This document shows positions 42,630 through 53,747 of a stretch of 64,000 nucleotides of DNA, piece after piece. Numbering within the stretch: position 1 is the stretch's first letter; every line of letters starts with the position of its first letter. The notes under the pieces were generated by a model. The model made no database searches, was not told the DNA's origin, and saw only the letters and a list, made by a program, of their open reading frames with translations. The stretch is from Eledone cirrhosa (taxonomy: Eukaryota), in the NCBI GenBank assembly GCA_964016885.1, contig OZ024742.1, forward strand, positions 189,472,001-189,536,000, read 5' to 3'. The translations under genes were made by a program, and so were the position numbers.

Positions 42630-42845
42630 AGGCAGTGGATTAGCAGAATTGTTAAGGCACCGGACAAAATGTGTTACATCATTTTTTCTGTGTCTTTACA
42701 TTCTGAGTTCAAATCCTGCCGAGGACAACTTTACCTTTCATCTCTCTGGGGTTGATAAAATAAAGTACCAGTCAATTACTGGGGTTGATTTAATCAACTT
42801 TACCCTTCCACCAAATTGTTGGCCTTATGCCTAAATCAGAAATTA
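42630..42845 (+). mobile_element. SINE family A copy with (TTA)n tail
   Basis: GAGTTCAAATCC B-box and core. Confidence 0.82.
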
Positions 42846-43239
42846 TTATTATTGTTATTAATATTATTATTATTATTATGTTTATTATGTTTATTATTAT
42901 TATTATTATTATTATGTCTATTCATTCATATCTGAGACATTGCCTACTGGAGAGAATCACTGGACTCAATGTTGGAAGTAGTAGGGATATGGTTGACTTG
43001 CTAAAAGAAAAAAAAAAGAATAAAGAAAAAGAAGCAACATTTTTGCTTAAAATACCAGTTCATATTTTAATATCATAATGGTTCTAAGTCTTTTATAAAT
43101 CCTATATAGTTTATTTTCTTCTTTCTATATGGTATCCAAAGAAAATGTATACACACTTCAACAGCATTCTAATTAATATTGCCTGTATAGGTAGTCAAAG
43201 TGTCTATAGATTTTGGGGGACACACTGTATATATCAATA

Positions 43240-43275
43240 CTAGCACAGGTATCCAGCAATGCCTGGATATTTCTT
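43240..43275 (-). mobile_element. Helitron-like 3' terminus (hairpin plus CTAG)
   Basis: Minus strand reads ATCCAGGCATTGCTGGATAC-CTGTG-CTAG|T. The 5' end was not located. Confidence 0.5.
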
Positions 43276-43643
43276 GATTATAACTATATACTTGACGAAT
43301 GAAATAGTCTCTGTATTTTCTCTTGCAATTGTGAGTTACTGCAAATGTTTACTGATTGAGGGTTCTGCAATGAATTGTTTCTGTGTATAAATATCTTATT
43401 CAATTAGTTTTAGCCATATGTACAGATATCAGTGGGAGGTGCATATTGAATAAAGAATAACCAACCCTATGAATAATACAACTACTTTAAATTTTAAATA
43501 AACCTCTTCCTTCTACTTTTATCCACTCTTACATCATTTTCTCTACATTTTTTCTTTCTCACTCTCACTCTCTTTCTCTCTGTCTCTCTCTCTATCTCTT
43601 AGGTTTTCTTTCCATCATCACTTTCTAGTATCTCTCTCTCTCT

Positions 43644-43682
<39 letters not shown>

Positions 43683-43916
43683 TCAGGATTTCTCTCTATC
43701 ATCACTCTCTAACATCTTTAGCTCTCTGTTCTCTAAATATACATTGATATATATTGCCCCAGTATGATTGCAAACCAGTCCAATAACTGTGAACAGCAAA
43801 AGAACTGATTAATTCTTATTGTTATTGTTCATTTGCTTCATTGCTTGGATGCATGTAAAACAAAATGAAATTAAATTCGCCAATTGAAAGTAACTTTAAT
43901 ATATATACATATATAT

Positions 43917-44007
<91 letters not shown>

Positions 44008-44019
44008 ATATACATGCAC

Positions 44020-44076
<57 letters not shown>

Positions 44077-44078
44077 TA

Positions 44079-44395
44079 TAGTTATGTAATAAACAACATA
44101 AGGCAATTATTCCATTTACCAGTGGTTTCTTAAAAGCAAAGAATTTTGCTTTCAATCCTCAGAATGAAAAAATCCTGGTCTGTTTATTGAATTTGGATTT
44201 TAAAAATCCAAATTCAATAAACAGACCAGGATTTTTTCATTCTGAGGATTGAAAGCAAAATTTTTTGCTTTTAAGAAACCACTGGTAAATGGAATAATTG
44301 CCTTATGTTGTTTATTACATAACTATTAAGCTCTGTTACCTACATAGAGCACTCTTTTTTCCTGGACTTTTCCGACGGAATTACTTCATTCATAT
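44079..44395 (+). mobile_element. Palindromic Penelope-like terminal element in a TA tract (hairpin 44079-44325 plus about 70-bp unpaired tail)
   Basis: Near-perfect arms of about 122 bp centred at 44202. Contains CTGAGGA-TT-GAAA-GCAAAA..TTTTGC-TT. Inverted paralog at 49635-49947. Confidence 0.75.
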
Positions 44396-44499
44396 ATATA
44401 TACATATTTTATCCTGACACACACACATATATATATACACATACATACACTCACATACAAGCGGACGTAAAATGATGATGATGTTATATATATATATAA

Positions 44500-44572
<73 letters not shown>

Positions 44573-44879
44573 TATTTACATATATATATATATATAAAAC
44601 AAGATGGCATAGGACAGAACAAAGGAGAGGCACAAAACAAAGAAAAGAATCCCCAGTCACTGAAGAGGTCCCAGAATGTGTGACAAAAGAACTTTGACAA
44701 TATATGAATAACTATCCGTTTGTGGAACCAACCAACCAACCGGAAATTTATAATAAATTGAAGGGAAAGCAACTGGTGCATGTGTTTCTTATTGGCAACA
44801 TGACCCTCCCAAAGTATAACAATATCGGTTTCAACACACGTTTTCAGATAAAGAATCTTGCTAAACAAATTCAGAAACG

Positions 44880-44966
<87 letters not shown>

Positions 44967-45825
44967 TACAGTTTTTTCCGTTGTGTTGTAATATAAATAT
45001 TACACACAGTAGATTATCAGCTCACGTAGAGTTTGCTCGACGGTTCCAGTTGTAGTTCCAAAAGTAATCCGGAGAAAAATAGAAAGATTTGAATGGATAC
45101 AGTTTAGTTGAAAGGAATTTATTGACACGTGTTTCTATAACAGTTACATAACCTAAAACAGCTATCTACAAACTTTTAGTTATGCAGACATTCAATATTT
45201 CAATGTTATTGTTTACTGTCATTTCATCAGAATAATATTACTGAGGACCTATTTAGTTTTTATAGAGAATATTAGGAGGAAGGGGTGAAGTTGTTAGAAG
45301 AATAGTTGAAGGAGTGGTTTTTCGATAGCAGTGAGAATTCTTGGTGGCAGTGATTAATTAGATTCCCATCTGTTGTTTTGACATTTTTTATAGAATATAT
45401 TATTGGTTATTTTTCTAAATCTATAGAAGGATTAGAGATAGTAAAGATATGCGTGGTTGGTTTTGTGTTTGCACTTAACATTCAGACTTAAATTTTTCTT
45501 TCAAGTGTACGTATTCTTTCACCCACGCATTCACACACAAATATATTTGCACACCTCTACAAAATACATATACTCACAATTCACATATTCATACTTACAT
45601 ATATATACACATGCATACACATATATATACACACATGTATTCATGTACATACATACGCGCTCATGTGTATACATTTTCATACTCAACTTATCTTTATATA
45701 TACACACGTATAGACACACACATATATACATACATACTCTAGTCCATGTGTACACACATACACATACATACACATCCATATACACATACATACATACACA
45801 TATATATATACATATATACATATAC

Positions 45826-45870
<45 letters not shown>

Positions 45871-45871
45871 C

Positions 45872-45920
<49 letters not shown>

Positions 45921-46192
45921 AGCACTTTAATACATGAATACACTTACATCTAACTATACACATCAAACATATATATATATTTACTTATTTATATACATTT
46001 TCACATATATATACATACTTATGGACGTTTTTAGACACATTCATTATCGCATATTTGTACCTATTCTCATCAGCATATCTTTTCATTATTAGTATGGTAA
46101 TTTAAGGTTATTATTAATATATGTTGAAAAGAGATTGTTTTTATATTTTTCTAACTAGATTAAGGTTTATATAGTTGGGGGATGTCCCTCTT

Positions 46193-46435
46193 TTATGTAA
46201 TATTCGGCTTGTAGTGGGGAAAAAGGGTTTTAGTTCTGTGACGGCAGAATAATGTTCGTTCAATTCTGTTATTCAGCAGTTTCTTCTTGTGTGTGATTAT
46301 GTAATAAATCTCAAGATTACACAATTTGCAGAAATTTTGGCTCCTGGAAAAGCTTTGGGTTTTAGCTAATTTTTCCCATTTTAGGGTAAACTTTTGATTG
46401 CTATCCCTGAGCGTCCAAGCTTTCTCTGCTAAGAA
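46193..46435 (-). pseudogene. C-terminus of a Penelope-like element ORF (GIY-YIG endonuclease region), 5'-truncated
   Basis: Open 80-aa frame FLAEKAWTLRDSNQKFTLKWEKLAKTQSFSRSQNFCKLCNLEIYYIITHKKKLLNNRIERTLFCRHRTKTLFPHYKPNIT*. It matches the PLE pattern L..h.W.L....F.hKW..h...CxLC..E..hI...LLN.R.E....CRH. It has no start codon, so it is absent from the ORF track. Confidence 0.85.
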
Positions 46436-46671
46436 TCTTGAGATTTATTACATAATCACACACAAGAAGAAACTGCTGAATAACAGAATTGAACGAACAT
46501 TATTCTGCCGTCACAGAACTAAAACCCTTTTTTCCCACTACAAGCCGAATATTACATAAAAGAGGGACATCCCCCAACTATATAAACCTTAATCTAGTTA
46601 GAAAAATATAAAAACAATCTCTTTTCAACATATATTAATAACCTTAAATTACCATACTAATAATGAAAAGA

Positions 46672-46729
46672 TATGCTGATGAGAATAGGTACAAATATGC
46701 GATAATGAATGTGTCTAAAAACGTCCATA
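46672..46729 (+). ncRNA. Degenerate hammerhead motif in the PLE 3' region (mirror copy at about 46020-46077 minus)
   Basis: Stem I TATG/CATA, CTGATGA, stem II AGGTAC/GTGTCT, AAAA in place of GAAA, palindromic ACGT and a GTC site. Confidence 0.5.
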
Positions 46730-46828
46730 AGTATGTATATATATGTGAAAATGTATATAAATAAGTAAATATATATATATGTTTGATGTGTATAGTTAGA
46801 TGTAAGTGTATTCATGTATTAAAGTGCT

Positions 46829-46877
<49 letters not shown>

Positions 46878-46878
46878 G

Positions 46879-46923
<45 letters not shown>

Positions 46924-47511
46924 GTATATGTATATATGTATATATATATGTGTATGTATGTATGTGTATATGGATGTGTATGTATGTGTATGTGTGTACA
47001 CATGGACTAGAGTATGTATGTATATATGTGTGTGTCTATACGTGTGTATATATAAAGATAAGTTGAGTATGAAAATGTATACACATGAGCGCGTATGTAT
47101 GTACATGAATACATGTGTGTATATATATGTGTATGCATGTGTATATATATGTAAGTATGAATATGTGAATTGTGAGTATATGTATTTTGTAGAGGTGTGC
47201 AAATATATTTGTGTGTGAATGCGTGGGTGAAAGAATACGTACACTTGAAAGAAAAATTTAAGTCTGAATGTTAAGTGCAAACACAAAACCAACCACGCAT
47301 ATCTTTACTATCTCTAATCCTTCTATAGATTTAGAAAAATAACCAATAATATATTCTATAAAAAATGTCAAAACAACAGATGGGAATCTAATTAATCACT
47401 GCCACCAAGAATTCTCACTGCTATCGAAAAACCACTCCTTCAACTATTCTTCTAACAACTTCACCCCTTCCTCCTAATATTCTCTATAAAAACTAAATAG
47501 GTCCTCAGTAA

Positions 47512-47569
47512 TATTATTCTGATGAAATGACAGTAAACAATAACATTGAAATATTGAATGTCTGCATAA
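47512..47569 (+). ncRNA. Hammerhead-like motif (mirror copy at about 45180-45237 minus)
   Basis: CTGATGA, stem II AATG/CATT, GAAA, stem III ATAT/ATGT and a GTC site. Stem I pairing is poor. Confidence 0.5.
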
Positions 47570-47939
47570 CTAAAAGTTTGTAGATAGCTGTTTTAGGTTA
47601 TGTAACTGTTATAGAAACACGTGTCAATAAATTCCTTTCAACTAAACTGTATCCATTCAAATCTTTCTATATATATAAATATATATATATACATACATAT
47701 TTATGTTTGTTCATATATGGTGAGTGTGTATTATGTATGAAGATAAACACACAGATGCACACACACATATCTCAGAATGTTGTTTCCACTTCAGTCATTA
47801 TCAATTCATTTGCATTTAGGTGCGTGTTTTATATGTATGTGTCCCTCTTTGTATACATATCTGTGTTTGCCTTTTTTTTTTATTTCAAGCCAACATATCC
47901 AAATTTTGATAACTCCTTTGCACTATTATTTCTGAGAGT

Positions 47940-48290
47940 GTTGTGGGGGCAGAGTCCTCAAACACTCCTTCACATGGGTACTGTCAGAAACAACCATCTC
48001 GCACTGGTCCAGCTGGATCCAGAAGCAAGAACAACCAAGCTCATGGATGTTAGCCAACCATCTTGCTCAGGGTCTACTCCTGGCTGGTTTTGCCAGTAAA
48101 ATCTGTCCTGTGATTCTTTCCTGGGACATTCTAACCATATGCCTATAATTCCTGAGCTGTAATCTCTCAATTCAAAAAAGTAGCAGCTCAATCCGAAATG
48201 ACTCCCTGATCTCCGAGCTACGCACTCTATCAAGTAACATTACTCCAACGTACCTTCGGGGGAACCCCATTTCAGCCACTTGTATTCTTT
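47940..48290 (-). mobile_element. RTE-clade LINE 3' fragment
   Basis: Minus strand: IQVAEMGFPRRYVGVMLLDRVRSSEIRES..IERLQLRNYRHMVRMSQERITGQILLAKP. Confidence 0.78.
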
Positions 48291-48344
48291 TTTTAATATA
48301 TGAATGTGAATATGGAAATATGACCAATGACTTTCAGTAAATTC

Positions 48345-48785
48345 AACAGTGTGGACTGGGTGCTTTTTGCTGAGATATCTACACAACCCCTTTACAGTGT
48401 AGACTGGGTACTTTTTGCTGTGATACACCTACACAACCACTTTACAGTTTGGACTGTGTGCTTTTTGCTGAGATATCTACACAACCACTTTACAGTTTGG
48501 ACTGTGTGCTTTTTGCTGTGATACCTACACAACCCCTTTACAGTGTGGACTGGGTACTTTTTGCTGTGATACACCTACACAACCACTTTATAGTGTGGAC
48601 TGTGTGATTTTTGCTGTGATACCTACACAACCCCTTTACAGTGTGGACTGGGTATTTTTTGCTGTGATACACCTACACAACCACTTTATGGTGTGAACTG
48701 GGTGATTTTTGCTGTGATACCTACATAAGCACTTTACAGTGTGGGCTGGACGCTTTTTTGCCGTGTCACTGCCATGACCACTTCA
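48345..48785 (-). repeat. 48-50-bp tandem expansion of the family D internal motif
   Basis: About 9 copies of CTTTACAGTGTGGACTGGGTGCTTTTTGCTGTGATACACCTACACAACC. Confidence 0.9.
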
Positions 48786-49250
48786 TATGATGATGATGAA
48801 GATGATATATATATATAAAGGGAGAGTGAGAAGACAGATAGATAACACCAGACAGAACATATTTTGTCTCACAGTTTTGCTCCACGATTTCTAAATAAAA
48901 TTGATAGTTTAGAAAAATGTTAACAGACTATATTGTTTGTGTGACAGACAGAAATGCTGTACAGTTATTCGTAAATAGATTGCTCATCTTCGATTATGAC
49001 CAATTTTCTTAGATATTTGTAAAAAGAAAGAAAGAGGTGCAGAATCAGTCTCCATTATGTTCGATTATGTATATATATATATATATATAATCTAATTCGA
49101 TTATGTATATATATATATAATCTGGTCCTAAGAACCAAAATAAAATACGAGTAAATGGTTACTGAGCAGTTTAAGAAATATTTTCATTTTTTTTCACTTC
49201 AGACTGGTACTATAAAATTACTACTATGCAACATATAAACACAGATTGTG

Positions 49251-49319
<69 letters not shown>

Positions 49320-49421
49320 CATATATATATATATATATATTATGGAATAGTGTGGGCTTCTTGCTACAATAATTTCTATACTTTTCATTTATATATATAT
49401 ATATATATATATATACATACA

Positions 49422-49453
<32 letters not shown>

Positions 49454-49587
49454 ACGATGATGATATATGTATAAATATATACATGTAAAATGCCAATCTA
49501 GAGACATATACACATGCTATTATATTTTGGTGGAGGTGTGGGAGCCATCTAAAGCCTTTGTAAGCATTTGTATATAAATGTGTGCTG

Positions 49588-49634
<47 letters not shown>

Positions 49635-49641
<7 letters not shown>

Positions 49642-49947
49642 AATGAAGTAATTCCATCGGAAAAGTCCAGGAAAAAAGAGTGCTCTATGTATGCAACAGA
49701 GCTTAATTATTATTATTATGTAATAAACAACATAAGGCAATTATTCCATTTACCAGTGGTTTCTTAAAAGCAAAAGGTTTTGCTTTCAATCCTCAGAATG
49801 AAAAATCCTGGTTTGTTTATTGAATATGGATTCTAAAACAAACCAGGATTTTTCATTCTGAGGATTGAAAGCAAAACCTTTTGCTTTTAAGAAACCACTG
49901 GTAAATGGAATAATTGCCTTATGTTGTTTATTACATAATAATAATAA
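49635..49947 (-). mobile_element. Second copy of the palindromic PLE-like element (hairpin 49707-49947 plus tail)
   Basis: Reverse-complement homolog of 44079-44395, flanked by TA tracts. Confidence 0.75.
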
Positions 49948-50385
49948 ATATATATATATATATATATAAACATGAGAAGAAAGAAGAATACTGCGTGGTT
50001 GCACATGGGTTACATATGATAAAAATAGTCCTTCGCCAGTGATTTTCCAACCATCATTGGTATTTCATCGCATTAAAAATCAGATACCTCAGGTTGGTGC
50101 GCGCAATAACTAAAAAAAGTTATTGGGACCAGTAATTCGCGTAAAGCGAGGGGGACAAATAAACAACATAGAAGGATAAAAGCAAACCAAAGATAGGAAA
50201 ATAAACAAGCAACATGGTTGTCCGGTCAGCATAATCTGGGTAGATTTCATGAGCTAGAGAGGTACAGACTGTCTGACGTGAGTAAGATGTAAGCAAGAAG
50301 AGACCCACTACAAGCCAAACGGGAGGAAGTGAGAAGGGGATGTATATACACATTTATATATATATATACACATACATATTCACAT

Positions 50386-50431
<46 letters not shown>

Positions 50432-50461
50432 ATATACATACATATATACATATATATATAC

Positions 50462-50492
<31 letters not shown>

Positions 50493-50633
50493 CATATATA
50501 TATAAATATATATATATACATATATATGCACGACACGTGTGTGTATGTGTGTGCGTGTGTATATATATGTATATATATATATACACACACACACACATAT
50601 ATATGTATATATATATACATATATATATATATG

Positions 50634-50713
<80 letters not shown>

Positions 50714-50732
50714 AATACGTGCTGTTTATCAG

Positions 50733-50885
50733 TTTATCTTTTGAAAGCCTCCACATTCAAGCACAAAGAACTCCTGCACATCTTACACCTACTCAAAGAT
50801 ACAGTGCATCCTTCTGTATCTCATTCTTCGACAACACAATTCATCGCCATGTTGGTTGCAAGATCGGGCATGTCATAATGAACAT
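50733..50885 (-). pseudogene. Possible piggyBac transposase C-terminal cysteine-rich remnant
   Basis: Minus strand [26 protein letters not shown] resembles the piggyBac C..C...LCL motif. Short and decayed. Confidence 0.3.
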
Positions 50886-51419
50886 AAACAGACTTTCCAC
50901 TGCGTCACAATTTATACATTCAAAATAAAGAAGCCAATTGCCATTATTATCTGCTTGTAAGAGAAGTTATTATAAGATTTTCCAACATATGTGATGTTTA
51001 TACATCAAGCCAAATGAGGTGTCTATCTAAACAGCCTTCACTAATTTAAGTAGGTGTTTACTATTCGTCTGAATCCTTTAAGATAGTGTCTACATAGTCA
51101 CACACTACTTACGTATGATATGATCTAGTTATTTTAATAAACAGAAATTGAAATAGGAGCATAATTCTCTTCCCTTAATCTTAGGTAACTTTTTCTGTAC
51201 GTTCCCCAAAAGTCTTGTAGAGAGTAACAAGTATATATATAGTAATAATAATAAATTTGAAGGCTAAAATCCAAAGAGGGCTCGATAAGGATAAATATAT
51301 ATCAAATATATACCGCAGAGCAAATATTTATTAAAATAACAGATTAAAGTTTAAGCAAAGAATCGCTGCTTTCACCCTTTTTGAAATAATCACTTCTGCG
51401 TTCACAGATTGACTTTGTT

Positions 51420-51470
51420 AGTTTCAGAAGATCCCGTTAAGGGTGAAAGCAGCGATTCTTTGCTTAAACT
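51420..51470 (+). ncRNA. Variant type I hammerhead (U4A core)
   Basis: Stem I AGTTT/AAACT, core CAGAAGA, stem II T-CCC-GTTAA-GGG-T, GAAA, stem III AGCAG/TTGCT, CTT site. Confidence 0.65.
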
Positions 51471-51522
51471 TTAATCTGTTATTTTAATAAATAAGTGGTA
51501 ACACACAGTTAGTTCACCATAC

Positions 51523-51560
51523 CGAAAACAATTGTTTCTCCTTAGCGGATCCTCAGCTCG
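51523..51560 (-). ncRNA. Minimal type I hammerhead
   Basis: CGAG-CTGAGGA-TCC GCTAA GGA-GAAA-CAATTG-TT-TTCG. Palindromic stem III ACAATTGT. Confidence 0.72.
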
Positions 51561-52484
51561 TAGACATTACGAGAGCTGAGGATCCGCTAAGGTGAACTAA
51601 CTGTTGTGTTACCACTTCTACCTAACTCGTCCCATGGACTGAGTGCTCTACCACTACGGATATTACCTTCCAGTGTTCTACCTACCTATATATATATATA
51701 AGGTGATTCAGTAGATCTGTGGTTTATTGTGGGAAGTACCAATATTAGCACTCGCTGCTATAGCAGAGTGTACAAATTAGGAAGAAAAAAACGCGGTTTC
51801 GCATTGAGGTTTTTAATGATTCGGTTCCGTTACAAACATTTCCCAGATTGGTAGTTTAAGATCTATATGTGTTATAGATCCGACTCCAGTCCCAATCTGC
51901 TCACCAGACTTGTTAATCAAGAAAAGAAAAGCAAAAAAAAACCAGAATTCTGTCAAACGTTCGTACCTGAGCCTAATCAATGAAAACCTCGATGTGAAAC
52001 CTCGTTTTATATAAAGTAGTTTAGTTAATACGAAGCATTGTGAGATATGTAATACATTACTGAAAATGTTCTAAAAGCTGGTACAATGTGGTGGAACTAT
52101 ATAAAGGACAGATGGTAACAAAGAAAACGAAACAAAATACTGTTTTAAATATATTTCAACATAAAATTTCATGGCTATAAACCTCTTTTTTTTTCTAATG
52201 TGAAGCAGAAACGGTTCAAAACAAGAACGAACAATCGATGTGTTCTTCTTTAACTGATGTACGTGTCTGAAATACGCATGCCTTAAAATTTTATAATAGC
52301 CAATCTGCTTCGTGCATTTCCGGACCAAGGACGACGAGAGCTTTTGTTAAAAATCATCCTGACAGCTGCCGCAGCGGAGACACTGAGTTTACCATAGAGG
52401 CGACTGAAAGAAATGCGGGCAATTTAAGAATCAAAGAGGCCATAATTGTCAACTAGAAAAAAAAAACACATAGATAAATAATAG

Positions 52485-52568
52485 CCTCGCGAGCTGGAAT
52501 GGCTCTTCCAGTGCGTCTCGCTCACCATCCTCCGGGGAAACGCCTTCTCCAATCTGTACATCTGGGCC
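52485..52568 (+). mobile_element. Short CRE-clade LINE 3' fragment
   Basis: Homologous to 53563-53645 (PRELEWLFQ.VSL...RGNAFS). Confidence 0.75.
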
Positions 52569-52711
52569 ACGGGACTGTCAGTGTGTGGGCCCACATTTGT
52601 TCATAATAGTGAGAGATGGGGAGAGCAATAGAGACCGAGGTAGTGAGAATTTGGTTCTTTTGTGTTCGGATCTTGTGAATGTGTAGATGCCATTATGTTA
52701 CTGAAAAGGGT

Positions 52712-52900
52712 GCTGGATTGGCAGTATTGGTAGAGGGTCGGACAACATGCTTTGGCGCATAGAGTTACGGCCCTTGCCATTCTGAGTTCAAATTCCGACG
52801 AGGTTAACTTTGCCTTTTATCCTTACGGGGTCGATAAAATAAAGTATCAGTAATGCACTGGGATAATTGCTGGCATTGTGCCAAAAGTAGAAACAATTAT
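52712..52900 (+). mobile_element. SINE family A copy with apparent target duplication ATTATGTTACTGAAAA
   Basis: ATTATGTTACTGAAAA occurs at about 52692-52707 and 52896-52911. Confidence 0.88.
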
Positions 52901-52914
52901 GTTACTGAAAATGA

Positions 52915-53747
52915 CAACTACTTCCTTGAGGCTCACGCGCCAGCTCGACCAGCACCGCCTTGCTTGTTTTCGTGCGGCCTCCAAACTCCACAGTAGTGCC
53001 TGGCTCCATGCCCTGCCCTCCTTCTCCACTGGCACGTAGCTAGACAACCATAGCCTGTGAATCGGCGTTTCCCTGAAGCTCGGCCTCCGGATCTGCCAGC
53101 CACACCAATGTCGCTGCGGTTCCACCGTTGACTCTTTCGGCCTCCACCCACTTTCCTGACGCCACAGTGCCGGCCGCATTCCACGCCATGCTGCCCTCAA
53201 CGAGGTCATTAAGCATGGCTTGGACGCTGCAGGCTTCCCTTCCCAGCTCGAGCCGGTGGGGCTGGATCGAGGGGACGGCAAAAGGCCAGGTGGCATGACC
53301 ATCTTCCCGTTCCGCGGTGGCAAACCCCTCGTCTGGGATGCCACTTGCACCGACACTTTCTGTAGCCGCAACCTGGTGCAGTCTGCGACTGACCCAGGTT
53401 CTGCTTCACGTCGGGCTGAGGGGGCCAAACTCCTCAAATACCGGTCGCTCTCCGACAGGTTTGCGGTCGTTCCCCTGGCAGTGGAGACTTCTGGTGTCCT
53501 CGGCCCCAGTGCTACCACCTTACTCACCACCATAGGCGCTGAGCTGGCCATCCGTAGGTGTGAGCCCCGCGAGTTGGAATGGCTTTTCCAGCGCGTCTCC
53601 CTTGCCGTCCACCGGGGAAACGCCTTCTCCATTCTGTCCTCCGGGGCTGTGGTTGGGCCCCATCGCGTACCAATACATTAGTTAAATACCATTCTTTCAT
53701 CTGATACAACACAATAAAGACTAAAATGTTTAAAAAAAAAAAAAAAA
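52915..53747 (+). mobile_element. CRE-clade non-LTR retrotransposon 3' part (zinc finger plus RLE), disabled, with poly(A) tail
   Basis: SAWLHALP, QCRCG, RHAALNEVI, DGKRPGG (canonical PD reads PG), LVWDATCTDT, KLLKY, PLAVETSG, LFQRVSLAVHRGNA. In-frame stops upstream. AATAAA and poly(A) at 53733-53747. Confidence 0.88.

Larger units (their letters stand above)
45079..47670. repeat. Large inverted repeat: arms 45079-46318 and 46434-47670 (about 1.24 kb each), 115-bp spacer
   Basis: Base-by-base reverse complementarity with a few differences (a 3-bp TAA indel, substitutions, TA-tract length). Mirrored ORFs appear in the six-frame track. Confidence 0.97.

Noticed and set aside
44656-44684. GTCA-CTGAAGA-GGTCCCA-GAATGTG-TGAC
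   Set aside because: Stem I and the first core half are present, but there is no GAAA, stem III or UH site.
46600-46715. Possible second GIY-YIG-like frame (YKNNLFSTYINNLK..QICDNEC)
   Set aside because: Interrupted by stops, AT-rich, and overlapping a better-supported hammerhead motif.
52246-52290. TTTAA-CTGATG..GAAA..TTAAA hammerhead-like motif
   Set aside because: A9 is missing, there is no stem II, and the homolog at about 53900 does not restore it.
52847-53632. 261-aa minus-strand ORF
   Set aside because: Antisense shadow of the GC-rich CRE element. The recognisable motifs are on the plus strand.
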